Origin: Candidatus Wildermuthbacteria bacterium RIFOXYD1_FULL_50_12
Lineage (GTDB): Bacteria; Patescibacteriota; Minisyncoccia; Minisyncoccales; UBA10102
DNA: 57,411 nt
Direction: 5' to 3'
NCBI GenBank assembly: GCA_001825035.1
Contig: MHUO01000009.1
Coordinates: 20,754 to 78,164 of the forward strand
The notes below the pieces were generated by a model. It had not been told where the DNA came from. It saw only the letters and a list, made by a program, of their open reading frames with translations, and searched no databases. Positions within the stretch are counted from its first letter, which is position 1, and the number at the start of each line of letters is the position of its first letter. Positions 7,319-17,152 of the stretch are shown one piece after another. Both the position numbers and the translations under genes were made by a program.

Positions 7319-9256
7319 ATGAAAGTATTTGATCCTACATTATGGGCTAAAAAAATCAGGTGGATTGTTTTTGCTGGTATACTATCAGTGCTTCTGGGAA
7401 TAGGGGTATTGCAGGGTTCAATTCAAGCTGTTTCCCCAGGGGGCAACCCCAACGATATTCCAGCTAAATACAGCGCTCTTTTCCAGAAAGCTCAAACAAA
7501 CGGAAGAATTCCAGTAATTGTTGGTTTTAAAACCGGATTTGAGCTAGGGCAATTAGAAGTGAGTCTGGCAGAAAGACAAGCAATCTCCCAAGCCCAAGGC
7601 AGGACACTCCAAGGAATTAAGCAGGGCCAAGCAACCTCGGTAAAAAAATTCACATACATTCCATATATGGCCCTGGAAGTGGATGAAAAAGCTTTAGCTG
7701 ACTTAATTTCTCAAGAAGGGGTGATTAGCATTGAAGAAGATATCGCGGTTCCTCCTACCCTTTCTGACACTATTCCTTTAATCGGAGCAGAGGATGCTTG
7801 GGCTGGAGGCTATTCTGGCGCCGGACAAGTTATCGCTATCTTAGATACCGGAGTTGACAAGAATCATCCTTTTCTGGCAGGTAAAGTGGTATCAGAAGCA
7901 TGTTATTCGTCCAACACTGCTACGTCTTCCACGCTATGCCCAAATGGCCAAGTGCAGCAAATCGGTAGCGGAGCAGGAGTGAATTGTTCAATAGCTGGTT
8001 GTTATCACGGAACGCATGTGGCTGGCATTGCTGCTGGCAAGGGCTCTGATTTTTCCGGAGTGGCTAAAGATGCCAATATTATTGCAATTCAAGTGTTTAG
8101 TAATTTTTCAGGAGACGTACGGAGTCGGTCTAGCGATCAGATTCTTGGTTTGGAAAGAGTATATAATCTTCGAAACGCCTATAACATTGCAGCAGCAAAT
8201 ATGAGTTTGGGTGGCGGGAGAAATACTTCCCCTTGTGATGGTGATTCTCGAAAATCAATTATCGATCTCCTAAAAGGAGCGGGTATTGCCACTGTAATTT
8301 CATCTGGTAATGACTCCTACTCGGATGCTATTTCTTCCCCCGGCTGTATTTCAAGCGCTGTGAGCGTAGGAGCTACCACAAAATCAGATCAGGTGGCTTC
8401 TTTCTCGAATAGCGCTTCTTTTCTTGATTTGCTGGCTCCTGGGGAGGACGTTAATTCGTCAGTTCCCGGAGGAAGATTTATAAAATTGGATGGCACATCA
8501 ATGGCAGCTCCTCATGTGGCTGGCGCGTGGGCGATATTGCAACAGAAATCGCCCCAATCCAGTGTGGATGAAATATTATCTGCCCTGGCCAATACGGGAA
8601 AGCCAATATGGGACAATCGCAACAATATCACCAAACCTCGAATTCAAGTTGGTAGAGCCATCGGAGTAGAATATTTCACAGCCTCTAAGGGAACTGTAGC
8701 ATCTACAACCGATAGGATAAAGTATGTTTTTATTAAAGATTATCCCGGAGATCCTTTAGCGAGTAGCGTGTATTTGGTTAAGCGCAGCAAAGTGGAAATG
8801 ACGGCTTCTCTAAGTGGTTATTTGGGCAGGCCCGAGGTCTGGGGAGCTGGCAAAATTTCCAATGGTTGGTCTGCTGCCAATCCCAATCACCAGAGAGGTT
8901 ATTGCGGGATTGTCTCTCGAACCGATAAATCAGTTGTACTCCAGACGTTTGTTTATGAAGTATGGGATATTGCTGGCAGTTATGTTGGCTGGCTACCTAC
9001 TACTGCAGAAAATGCTACTTGCGGTTACGCGGTTTTGGGTACCCGGTGTACTCCGCCCATATTCGGGAGCTGGGAAATACCAGAAAACTGCACCTTTACC
9101 GGTAGCGCCACTGCTCCCGGAAATGTCATTGTCAAAGAGAATGTCGGGCTTACTATTGGCGAGAATTCTGCCTTAGATATTGATTTTCTCAATCACTATT
9201 TGTGGGTAGATAAGGGAGGGAAAGTAGTTATAAAGCAAGGCGGGAAGATTTATTAA
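7319..9256 (+). CDS. subtilisin-like serine protease (peptidase S8) with N-terminal propeptide and extra C-terminal domains
   Basis: Catalytic triad contexts AILDTGVD, HGTHVAGIAAG and GTSMAAPHVAG. Signal/TM at the N-terminus. Confidence 0.9.
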   Translation: MKVFDPTLWAKKIRWIVFAGILSVLLGIGVLQGSIQAVSPGGNPNDIPAKYSALFQKAQTNGRIPVIVGFKTGFELGQLEVSLAERQAISQAQGRTLQGIKQGQATSVKKFTYIPYMALEVDEKALADLISQEGVISIEEDIAVPPTLSDTIPLIGAEDAWAGGYSGAGQVIAILDTGVDKNHPFLAGKVVSEACYSSNTATSSTLCPNGQVQQIGSGAGVNCSIAGCYHGTHVAGIAAGKGSDFSGVAKDANIIAIQVFSNFSGDVRSRSSDQILGLERVYNLRNAYNIAAANMSLGGGRNTSPCDGDSRKSIIDLLKGAGIATVISSGNDSYSDAISSPGCISSAVSVGATTKSDQVASFSNSASFLDLLAPGEDVNSSVPGGRFIKLDGTSMAAPHVAGAWAILQQKSPQSSVDEILSALANTGKPIWDNRNNITKPRIQVGRAIGVEYFTASKGTVASTTDRIKYVFIKDYPGDPLASSVYLVKRSKVEMTASLSGYLGRPEVWGAGKISNGWSAANPNHQRGYCGIVSRTDKSVVLQTFVYEVWDIAGSYVGWLPTTAENATCGYAVLGTRCTPPIFGSWEIPENCTFTGSATAPGNVIVKENVGLTIGENSALDIDFLNHYLWVDKGGKVVIKQGGKIY

Positions 9257-9275
9257 CAATAAAGTCCTAAAATTC

Positions 9276-10472
9276 ATGGATAAGCGTTTCTATCAAATTC
9301 CCAAATTGCCCCTTAAAAAAGCTTTGCTTTTCGCTGTTGCGGCCAGCCCACTTTTAGCTTTTTTCCTTTGGGATAGAATGATCTCGTTAGCTCAACCATC
9401 CGGAGAGATTATACGAGAAGCCCAAGTTGCAGCCAGTTCAGACGATGCGTACCACGACCCTGATTCTTGGCCAGAGTATAGCCATACCGACAGTGACTTT
9501 GGTGTATTTGCCGGCAATCCTGGGTCCTCGGGAGAGGCTACTTTTGGTGGCTGGAGATGGACTGGGTTAGGTATTCCAGCCGGCGCTCTCATTAGCAAAG
9601 CTTATGTAGAATTTAATCAGCAGGAGTGGGGCTACCTCATATCAACTTCTTTAGCTTTTGAAGACACAGCTTCCCCCAGCTCTTTCAGTCCGAATTCCAC
9701 ACCTTTCCACCGCTGGGGCGATAAGACAAACTTTGTCATTAATTGGACTTGGCCAAAACAGATTCCAGATAGTTGGATTCAAACCCCCTCCTTAACGGCA
9801 GGCATCCAAGAATTAGTTGATAAACATGGCTCTATTGAGGAAGTGGTATTGCTAGAAAGCGGGGCCACCGTAGAGCCAGAACAATACCACAGCTGGACAA
9901 GCTATGATTTAAATCCAAGCCTCGCAGCTAAATTACATATTACATATACAACCTCAGCTCCCGGCTCTGACACTACTCCGCCAAATAGATATGATGGCGA
10001 ACCACTTGGCTTACTGCCAAGCGGGACGACCCAAGCCGACGTTTCTTTAACCACCAGTAAAGACGCCATCTGCAAGTATGATACTATTCCTGGAACATCG
10101 TATGCGGTAATGCCAAATGTCTTTGCCAACACTAACGCTACAAAGCATTCCTTTACTCTCTCTAATTTGGGAAATGGCCTCAGCTATAACTTTTATGTCC
10201 GCTGCCAAGATAATGCCGGCAATTCCAACCCGGATGACTACGTAATTAGTTTTCAAACCTTGCCAGAATGTAGTCCACCTAATACCGGAGACTGGGAGGT
10301 GACTCAAAGTTGTATTTTGAATACAACGGTTACTCCCCCTACTCATGTCATAGTTAAAGATTCGGCAAACTTGATTATTCAGAAGGTGGGAGTTCTGAAT
10401 ATTAATCTCTCAAATCTTATTATTGAAAAAGGGGGAGAGGTAATCGTAGAAGAAGGAGGAAGCATATTTTAA
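9276..10472 (+). CDS. hypothetical secreted protein with an Ig/Fn3-like domain and the same C-terminal module as the S8 protease
   Basis: N-terminal TM. YNFYVRCQDNAGNSN beta-sandwich-like segment. C-terminus CSPPNTGDWEV..C...VIVKD...EKGGEVIVEEGGSIF parallels the end of the 7319 ORF. Confidence 0.7.
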   Translation: MDKRFYQIPKLPLKKALLFAVAASPLLAFFLWDRMISLAQPSGEIIREAQVAASSDDAYHDPDSWPEYSHTDSDFGVFAGNPGSSGEATFGGWRWTGLGIPAGALISKAYVEFNQQEWGYLISTSLAFEDTASPSSFSPNSTPFHRWGDKTNFVINWTWPKQIPDSWIQTPSLTAGIQELVDKHGSIEEVVLLESGATVEPEQYHSWTSYDLNPSLAAKLHITYTTSAPGSDTTPPNRYDGEPLGLLPSGTTQADVSLTTSKDAICKYDTIPGTSYAVMPNVFANTNATKHSFTLSNLGNGLSYNFYVRCQDNAGNSNPDDYVISFQTLPECSPPNTGDWEVTQSCILNTTVTPPTHVIVKDSANLIIQKVGVLNINLSNLIIEKGGEVIVEEGGSIF

Positions 10473-10546
10473 AAGAAAGGATTTACATTATGGGAGCAAG
10501 CGGAATGCGGCGATTTTGAAAACTGTGGCAACGGGTATTTTTTCTG

Positions 10547-10617
10547 TCGGAGTGCCGAGAGTCGAACTCGGGTCACACCCACCCCAAGGGTGCATACTGC
10601 CGCTGTACTACACTCCG
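10547..10617 (-). tRNA. tRNA-Pro (anticodon GGG)
   Basis: Hand-folded cloverleaf: acceptor CGGAGTG/CACTCCG, anticodon arm CACCC-TTGGGGT-GGGTG, T-arm CCGAG-TTCGACT-CTCGG. No encoded CCA. Confidence 0.85.
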
Positions 10618-10620
10618 GAT

Positions 10621-10803
10621 TTAGGATTTGGATAGGCGCTTGATGCAATTGGCGCACGCTTTTACGCGCCCGCCGTCGGGCAGACGCATCCATTGGAGGT
10701 TTGGTTTCTGGACACGCTTAATAGTGGGGTTGTATTTTCCCCGAAGCTTCACTAAACGCCATGCAATGTTTTTTGTTTTTCCGCAGATAGCGCATTGCTG
10801 CAT
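10621..10803 (-). CDS. rpmB: 50S ribosomal protein L28
   Basis: 60 aa. CAICGK...KRVQKPNLQ...CANCIK pattern typical of L28. Directly upstream of tRNA-Pro on the same strand. Confidence 0.8.
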   Translation of the reverse strand: MQQCAICGKTKNIAWRLVKLRGKYNPTIKRVQKPNLQWMRLPDGGRVKACANCIKRLSKS

Positions 10804-10848
10804 ACAGGAAAAGCATAGCAGTATTTGAATAATTGTTCAAGCCGTGGT

Positions 10849-11481
10849 ATGTTTGAAGGTATGGATATTGCTTCTGCGCTGTTTTTTCTCGCGATTCTTT
10901 TGCTGTCCGTCATTCTTCATGAGATTGCGCACGGGTACATGGCTTTGTCTTTGGGAGACCCAACCGCAAAGAACGCGGGGCGGCTTACGCTCAATCCAAT
11001 TCCCCACATTGATCCCATCGGTTCTATAGCCGTGCCGCTTTTGCTCGTCCTTTTCGGAAGCCCTATTCTCTTTGGCTGGGCAAAGCCCGTGCCGGTCAAT
11101 CCCTATAATCTGCGCGATAGAAAGTACGGAGCTGCCAAGGTGAGTTTTGCCGGGCCCGGGGCGAACCTCGCGATTGCCCTCTTTTTCGGGCTTCTGCTGC
11201 GCTTTTTCAGCGGACCCATCGCCGAGATTTTACCGGGAGTCATCCCCCTGTTTGTGGGGATTGTCTATTTGAACCTTGTGCTCGCCATTTTTAACCTGCT
11301 GCCCATTCCTCCGCTTGACGGCTCGCATATCCTCTTTGATTTTCTCCCGCCGTCCCTTGCGAGCATGCGAGGGTTTCTGCTTAGGTACGGCTTGTTTATC
11401 TTGCTGTTCTTTATCTTTTTCCTGTTTCGGTATTTGTTTCCCTTTATTGACTGGCTGTTCCGCATGATCGCGGGTTTTTAA
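10849..11481 (+). CDS. site-2 protease family (peptidase M50) membrane metalloprotease
   Basis: HEIAHG zinc motif, GDPTAKNAGRLTLNPIPHIDPIGS, multiple TM segments. Start uncertain (TTG 10825 or ATG 10849/10861). Confidence 0.8.
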   Translation: MFEGMDIASALFFLAILLLSVILHEIAHGYMALSLGDPTAKNAGRLTLNPIPHIDPIGSIAVPLLLVLFGSPILFGWAKPVPVNPYNLRDRKYGAAKVSFAGPGANLAIALFFGLLLRFFSGPIAEILPGVIPLFVGIVYLNLVLAIFNLLPIPPLDGSHILFDFLPPSLASMRGFLLRYGLFILLFFIFFLFRYLFPFIDWLFRMIAGF

Positions 11482-11510
11482 TTGACAGACGAGGTGTTAT
11501 TTGGTAATTT
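11482..11510 (+). promoter_or_regulatory. candidate promoter of the rpsL operon
   Basis: TTGACA, 17-nt spacer with TGg, then TAATTT. Ends 21 nt before the rpsL ATG. Confidence 0.5.
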
Positions 11511-11530
11511 AGTTTTTGAGGTTTTTATTT

Positions 11531-11947
11531 ATGCCCACGATTAGACAACTTATTAAAAAACCGAGAAAAAAGGACGCGAAAAAAGACAAGACGCCCGCTT
11601 TGACTTTTGGTTTCCGCGCTCAAAAAAATCGGGTAGTCCCTTATCCTTCGCCCTTCAAGAGGGGTGTATGTCTGCAGGTAAAAACCATCACGCCCAAAAA
11701 GCCAAACTCCGCGCTTCGGAAAGTGGCGAGGGTGCGGCTGTCCAACGGCATGGAGGTAACCGCCTACATTCCGGGAGTGGGACATAAGCTGCAGGAGCAC
11801 TCTATTGTCCTTATTCGGGGCGGCCGCGTGAAAGATTTGCCCGGCGTCCGCTACCACATCGTAAGAGGAGTGCTGGACGCGGGTGGCGTGGAAGGCAGAA
11901 AGCAGGAGCGCTCAAAATACGGAGTCAAACAAGAGAAAAAGGCCTAA
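11531..11947 (+). CDS. rpsL: 30S ribosomal protein S12
   Basis: [14 protein letters not shown]...[19 protein letters not shown]...GVRYHIVRG. Confidence 0.95.
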   Translation: MPTIRQLIKKPRKKDAKKDKTPALTFGFRAQKNRVVPYPSPFKRGVCLQVKTITPKKPNSALRKVARVRLSNGMEVTAYIPGVGHKLQEHSIVLIRGGRVKDLPGVRYHIVRGVLDAGGVEGRKQERSKYGVKQEKKA

Positions 11948-11956
11948 TTTTTCTGT

Positions 11957-12382
11957 ATGGAGGTGGAAGACAAGATGGTGGGAAAATTTATCAATCAGGT
12001 GATGGAACGCGGGAAGAAAACCGTCGCGCGGAAAATCGTGTACGGAGCTTTTAAATTGGTAAAGACGGAGTCAAAAAAAGATCCGGTGGAGGTGTTTCGC
12101 AAAGCCATTGAGAACAGCGCGCCCCTCCTGCAGGTGCGCTCGCGGCGCGTGGGAGGAGCGACCTATCAGGTTCCTATGGAGGTGAAGCCGGAAAAAGCGA
12201 CGAGTTTGGCGATGAAATGGATTTTGGCCGCGGCAAGGGCAAAAAAAGGAAAGTCCATGATGGTAAAACTCGCAGAAGAACTGCTCGCCGCCTACAAAAA
12301 CGAGGGCGCCGCGGTGAGAAAAAAGGAGGACACTCATCGTATGGCAGAGGCCAATAGAGCCTTCGCGCACTTTGCGTGGTAG
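11957..12382 (+). CDS. rpsG: 30S ribosomal protein S7 (short N-terminus)
   Basis: [12 protein letters not shown]...[15 protein letters not shown]...NRAFAHFAW. Confidence 0.93.
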   Translation: MEVEDKMVGKFINQVMERGKKTVARKIVYGAFKLVKTESKKDPVEVFRKAIENSAPLLQVRSRRVGGATYQVPMEVKPEKATSLAMKWILAAARAKKGKSMMVKLAEELLAAYKNEGAAVRKKEDTHRMAEANRAFAHFAW

Positions 12383-12398
12383 TTCGACTACACTCACT
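12377..12398 (+). repeat. 22-nt motif TGGTAGTTCGACTACACTCACT, copy 1
   Basis: Spans the rpsG stop and abuts the fusA ATG. A near-identical copy lies at 23285-23306. Contains the hairpin GTAGT-TCG-ACTAC. Confidence 0.6.
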
Positions 12399-14504
12399 AT
12401 GCCGAGGCAATATCCCATTGAAAAATACCGAAATATAGGAATTATTGCGCATATTGACGCCGGAAAAACGACGAGCACCGAGCGCGTTTTGTTTTACACG
12501 GGAATTTCCCATAAAATTGGCGAAGTGCACGAAGGAGCCGCCATTATGGACTGGATGGTGCAGGAACGAGAGCGGGGTATTACCATTACGGCAGCTGCCA
12601 CCACCTGCTTTTGGGTCCCAACGTATTTGCCCAACGAACAGGCGAATAAATACCGCATTAACATTATTGACACGCCGGGTCACATTGATTTTACCGCCGA
12701 AGTTCAGCGCTCGCTTCGAGTATTAGACGGAGCAATCGTAATTTTTGATGGTGTGGCGGGGGTGGAGCCGCAGTCAGAAACCGTGTGGCGCCAGGCAGAC
12801 AAGTTCGGCGTGCCGCGCATTTGTTTCGTTAACAAAATTGACCGCGTTGGAGCTTCGTTTGAAAAAAGTTTGAATTCTATTCGGGAGAAACTTACGAGAA
12901 ACGCCGTTGCTTTGCAGATTCCCATTGGCGAAGAGAGTCAGTTGAAAGGGGTGATTGATTTGCTGGAAATGAAGGCGAAATATTTTGAAGGGGATTTTGG
13001 GCAGACCGTAAAGACCGGAGAAATACCCGAGGAACTTGCGGAGAAAGCAAAGGAATGGCGCGGTAGGGCCTTAGAAAAGGTTGCCGCGGAAGATGAGGTC
13101 TTGATGGAAAAATATCTCGGCGGGGAGGAGCTTTCCGTGGAGGAGATTAAGCGGACGCTCAGGCGAGCGACGATCAAAGGCAAATTGGTACCGGTGTTTA
13201 CGGGAGCTGCTTTAAAAAACTTGGGAGTGCAAATGGTGCTTGACGGCGTGGTTGACTATTTGCCGAGTCCGGTTGACGTCAGCGCCATTGAGGGTACGGA
13301 CCCAAAGACGGGAGAGACAATCGAGAGAAAACCCTCCGACGCAGAGCCGTTTTCGGCGCTTGCCTTTAAGGTAGCTTCCGATCCCTTTGTGGGAACGCTT
13401 ACATACTTTAGGGTGTATTCAGGTACTCTTCAGAAGGGCTCTTACGTGCAAAACTCCACAACCGAAGAGCGAGAACGCATCAGCCGGATTTTGCGCATGC
13501 ATGCGGCGGAGCGCGAAGAAGTTGGCGAACTTTACGCAGGAGATATTGCGGCTACCGTGGGCTTGAAGAATACGAGCACGGGTCATACCCTGTGCGCCGA
13601 GAACTCTCCCATTGTATTGGAGCAAATTTCGTTCCCCGAGCCCGTTATCTCAATTCGCATAGAGCCCAAAACCAAAGCAGATCAGGAGAAGATGGGTTTG
13701 GCGCTCAGGCGTTTGGCAGAGGAAGACCCCACATTCCGCGTGAACTCCGACTTGGAAACGGGAGAGACGATAATTTCTGGCATGGGAGAATTGCATCTGG
13801 AAATTATCGTGGACCGCATGAAGCGGGAATTTTCCGTGGGCGCAGCCGTAGGGCGGCCGCAGGTGGCGTATAAGGAAACGATCAGAGGCAAGGCGGAGAC
13901 CGAGGCAAAATACGTGCGTCAGTCGGGCGGAAGAGGGCAGTACGGCCATGTGTTTTTGCGCGTGGAGCCCAAGAAAGAAGGGGAAGGGTTTGAGTTCGTG
14001 GACGAGATTAAGGGAGCCGCGATCCCTCGCGAATATATTCCTGCGGTGCAAAAAGGTATTCAGGAAGCCATGGATAAAGGCGTGCTGGCGGGCTACCCTG
14101 TGGTGGACCTCAAAGCCTCTTTGTATGACGGCTCGTATCACGAAGTGGATTCCTCGGAATTCGCCTTTAAAATAGCGGCTTCCATGGCTTTCCAGGAAGC
14201 AGCCAAAAAGGCGGAGTTGGTGCTGTTGGAGCCCATCATGCGCTTGGAGGTGACGGTTCCCTCTCGATTTCTTGGGGACGTAATCGGCGATCTTTCTTCA
14301 AGGAGGGGGCGCATTGAGGAAACTGAAGACCGCCTTGATATGAAAATTATTTCGGCGAAAGTCCCTCTGGCAGAGATGTTCGGGTACGCCACCAATCTCC
14401 GCTCCTTGACGGAAGGGCGGGGAACCTTTACTATGGAGTTTGAGCGATACGAACAAGTGCCCTCCAATATCACGCAGGAGGTTATTGAGGGTAAACGAAG
14501 ATGA
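12399..14504 (+). CDS. fusA: elongation factor G
   Basis: [23 protein letters not shown]. Full-length at 701 aa. Confidence 0.95.
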   Translation: MPRQYPIEKYRNIGIIAHIDAGKTTSTERVLFYTGISHKIGEVHEGAAIMDWMVQERERGITITAAATTCFWVPTYLPNEQANKYRINIIDTPGHIDFTAEVQRSLRVLDGAIVIFDGVAGVEPQSETVWRQADKFGVPRICFVNKIDRVGASFEKSLNSIREKLTRNAVALQIPIGEESQLKGVIDLLEMKAKYFEGDFGQTVKTGEIPEELAEKAKEWRGRALEKVAAEDEVLMEKYLGGEELSVEEIKRTLRRATIKGKLVPVFTGAALKNLGVQMVLDGVVDYLPSPVDVSAIEGTDPKTGETIERKPSDAEPFSALAFKVASDPFVGTLTYFRVYSGTLQKGSYVQNSTTEERERISRILRMHAAEREEVGELYAGDIAATVGLKNTSTGHTLCAENSPIVLEQISFPEPVISIRIEPKTKADQEKMGLALRRLAEEDPTFRVNSDLETGETIISGMGELHLEIIVDRMKREFSVGAAVGRPQVAYKETIRGKAETEAKYVRQSGGRGQYGHVFLRVEPKKEGEGFEFVDEIKGAAIPREYIPAVQKGIQEAMDKGVLAGYPVVDLKASLYDGSYHEVDSSEFAFKIAASMAFQEAAKKAELVLLEPIMRLEVTVPSRFLGDVIGDLSSRRGRIEETEDRLDMKIISAKVPLAEMFGYATNLRSLTEGRGTFTMEFERYEQVPSNITQEVIEGKRR

Positions 14505-14770
14505 ATTTACACGAAATAAAAGATATTATTAAACGGGAAGGCGGGAAAATTATCATCGTGGAGAATGATAAGCCCGAGGTGGTTATTATGTCTTTTGACG
14601 AATGGAGGGGGGAGAAGCGTCAGGAGCGCGGAAACGCGCCCCGCACAGAACAACCCCCGGCCCAGCAAGAGCCCGCCCAGACAATGTCCTCCAAGCAGGT
14701 CTCAAGCTCTGCCCCTCCTCCGGGAGAAGAACGATTAGGGGAGCTTACTATTGACGATTTGCCTCTTTGA
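14501..14770 (+). CDS. small Phd/YefM-antitoxin-like protein with a P/Q-rich tail
   Basis: [21 protein letters not shown] resembles the Phd/YefM N-terminal fold. Its ATG overlaps the fusA TGA (ATGA). The tail ends ELTIDDLPL. Confidence 0.5.
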   Translation: MNLHEIKDIIKREGGKIIIVENDKPEVVIMSFDEWRGEKRQERGNAPRTEQPPAQQEPAQTMSSKQVSSSAPPPGEERLGELTIDDLPL

Positions 14771-14824
14771 GTATATATTGACTTCATTACCAAAGCTAAC
14801 CAAACCCATTAACCAATAATTTCT

Positions 14825-16018
14825 ATGGCAGGAAAATTTGAACGAACAAAACCTCACGTAAATATCGGCACGATTGGCCATGTTGATCATGGGAAGACCA
14901 CGTTATCTGCCGCGATTCTTCACGTCCTGAAGCTGAAAGGGTTTGCGGCAACCGAAAAGAGCGTTGACCAGATTGACGCAGCCCCCGAGGAAAAGCAGAG
15001 AGGGATTACCATTTCTCTTACGCATTTGGAATACGAAACCGAGAAGCGACACTATGCGCACATTGATGCGCCGGGGCACGCTGACTACATTAAAAATATG
15101 ATTACGGGAGCCGCCCAGATGGATGGAGCGATTTTGGTGGTTTCCGCTCCCGATGGCCCTATGCCTCAGACTCGAGAACACATTCTGCTTGCCCGCCAAG
15201 TGGGCTTGCCTTACGTGCTGGTGTTTCTGAATAAGGTTGACATGGTGGACGATCCCGAAATCATTGATCTTGTGGAGTCGGAAGTGCGGGAGTTGCTAAA
15301 CAAATATAATTTCCCGGGGGACACCGTGCCCATTATTCGGGGGTCTGCCCTGAAAGCATTGGAAGCAAAAAGCCCGGACGACGAGGTGGCAAAGCCCATT
15401 TTGGATTTGATGGCCGCCGTGGACGAAAACGTGCCCGAACCCGTTCGCGAGACGGATAAGCCCTTTTTGATGGCGATTGAGGACGTGTTCTCCATTGAAG
15501 GGAGAGGAACCGTGGCTACTGGTAGAATCGAGAGGGGAGTGATTCGCCCAAACGACGAGATTGAAATTGTGGGCATTCGGCCTACCACAAAGACGGTGGC
15601 TGTGAGTGCGGAAATGTTTAACAAGATGCTCGACGAGGGAAGAGCAGGCGACAATGTGGGAATTTTGCTTCGCGGACTGAAGAAAGAGGACGTTGAGCGA
15701 GGACAAGTGCTTGCAAAGCCGGGAACTGTTACGCCTCACACCGAATTTGAAGCCGAAGTTTATATTTTGACCAAAGAGGAAGGCGGCCGGCACACACCCT
15801 TCTTTAAAGGGTACAAGCCCCAATTTTACTTCCGTACGACCGATGTGACCGGCGAGGTGGAATTATCCGAGGGAACCGAAATGGTGATGCCCGGCGACAC
15901 GATTACTTTTAAAGTGAAGCTGTTGGTGCCCATTGCGATGGAAGCACAGCAAAGATTCGCGATTCGGGAAGGCGGAAAAACCGTTGGAGCAGGAGTGGTA
16001 ACCAAGATCATCAAATAG
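14825..16018 (+). CDS. tuf: elongation factor Tu
   Basis: [21 protein letters not shown]. 397 aa. Confidence 0.97.
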   Translation: MAGKFERTKPHVNIGTIGHVDHGKTTLSAAILHVLKLKGFAATEKSVDQIDAAPEEKQRGITISLTHLEYETEKRHYAHIDAPGHADYIKNMITGAAQMDGAILVVSAPDGPMPQTREHILLARQVGLPYVLVFLNKVDMVDDPEIIDLVESEVRELLNKYNFPGDTVPIIRGSALKALEAKSPDDEVAKPILDLMAAVDENVPEPVRETDKPFLMAIEDVFSIEGRGTVATGRIERGVIRPNDEIEIVGIRPTTKTVAVSAEMFNKMLDEGRAGDNVGILLRGLKKEDVERGQVLAKPGTVTPHTEFEAEVYILTKEEGGRHTPFFKGYKPQFYFRTTDVTGEVELSEGTEMVMPGDTITFKVKLLVPIAMEAQQRFAIREGGKTVGAGVVTKIIK

Positions 16019-16028
16019 ATGGAGTTCA

Positions 16029-16068
16029 CCCCCACAATTAATTGCGAATTAGTGTGGGGGTTCGTTTT
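16029..16068 (+). terminator. hairpin plus T-rich tract after tuf
   Basis: CCCCCACA ... TGTGGGGG (8 bp) followed by TTCGTTTT. Confidence 0.5.
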
Positions 16069-16074
16069 GCACAT

Positions 16075-16431
16075 ATGGTAAAAGCCAAGAGCGCACCCCG
16101 TCAGTCCTCCGGCGAAGAGAAAGGAACGCAGCAGAAGCTACGCATTAAGATTTCGGCCTACGACCACAAGGTGATTGACGCTTCCTGCAAGCAGATCATT
16201 GATACGGTCATACGACACGGTTGTGAATTGGTGGGCCCCGTACCCCTCCCAACTGCCATTAAGAAGTACACGGTAAACCGGTCTTCGTTTGTGCACAAAG
16301 ATGCGCGGGAGCAATATGAGATGCGTACGCACAAGCGCCTTATCGATATTTTGGATCCAAGCCCGAAAATGATAGACGCGCTGACGAGCTTAAATCTGCC
16401 CGCAGGCGTAGATATTGAAATTAAAATGTAG
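16075..16431 (+). CDS. rpsJ: 30S ribosomal protein S10
   Basis: [14 protein letters not shown]...PLPT...[28 protein letters not shown]. Confidence 0.93.
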   Translation: MVKAKSAPRQSSGEEKGTQQKLRIKISAYDHKVIDASCKQIIDTVIRHGCELVGPVPLPTAIKKYTVNRSSFVHKDAREQYEMRTHKRLIDILDPSPKMIDALTSLNLPAGVDIEIKM

Positions 16432-16503
16432 CTGTGGTATATTTAACAGCAATGAATTGACGCCTTCCCAATTTAAGGTACTAACCTGAAAACAAGGCAC
16501 ACG

Positions 16504-16529
16504 CCCGGGGTTAGGCCCCGGGTTTTGTT
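16504..16529 (+). terminator. GC-rich hairpin plus T-run between rpsJ and rplC
   Basis: CCCGGGG-TTAGG-CCCCGGG followed by TTTTGTT, 11 nt before the rplC ATG. Confidence 0.55.
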
Positions 16530-16539
16530 GGTATATAGG

Positions 16540-17142
16540 ATGAAAGCGATTATCGGCAAAAAAATCGGCATGACGCAGCTATTCCAGAATGAAAGGGTAA
16601 TTCCTGTTACCTTGGTTCAGGCAGGACCGGTAAGAGTTACGCAGGTGAAGACAAAAGAGAAAGATGGCTACGAAGCAATTCAAGTAGGGTTTGAGGAAAT
16701 ACGCGCGCAAAAGAAAATTACAAAATCCAGGAAGCGAAAACCCTTCGTGCATCTCAAAGAGTTTCGGATGGAAAAAGGTTCTGAACTCGCAGCCGAGGCA
16801 GGAAGTGCGATAGACGTTTCTTTATTTGAAGAAGGCGATAGAGTTCGGGTTTCTGGGATTTCCAAGGGAAAAGGATTTCAGGGCGGCGTGAAGCGGCATG
16901 GATTTTCCGGGAGGAACGCGACGCATGGCGTAAAGCACGAACAACGTACGCTCGGGTCCGTGGGAAGTTCCTTCCCCGAGCACGTGATTAAGGGAAGAAG
17001 AATGCCCGGCCGCATGGGAGCAGAGCGCGTTACGGTGAAAAATTTGAAAATCGCAAAGGTGGACAAAAAGAACAACATACTGGCGATAGCGGGGGCGATT
17101 CCGGGAAGAAAAGGCACGCTCCTGGAAATTAGGAGCATATAG
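16540..17142 (+). CDS. rplC: 50S ribosomal protein L3
   Basis: IGKKIGMTQLF...GKGFQGGVKRHGF. Confidence 0.94.
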   Translation: MKAIIGKKIGMTQLFQNERVIPVTLVQAGPVRVTQVKTKEKDGYEAIQVGFEEIRAQKKITKSRKRKPFVHLKEFRMEKGSELAAEAGSAIDVSLFEEGDRVRVSGISKGKGFQGGVKRHGFSGRNATHGVKHEQRTLGSVGSSFPEHVIKGRRMPGRMGAERVTVKNLKIAKVDKKNNILAIAGAIPGRKGTLLEIRSI

Positions 17143-17152
17143 CGCTTGAGGC

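Noticed and set aside
12399-14504. Possibility of an alternative genetic code (UGA recoded, as in some CPR lineages).
   Set aside because: TGA terminates fusA, rpsQ, rplN, rplX and mreB at the conserved protein ends, often in ATGA overlaps with the next start. No conserved gene needs read-through. The standard code fits.
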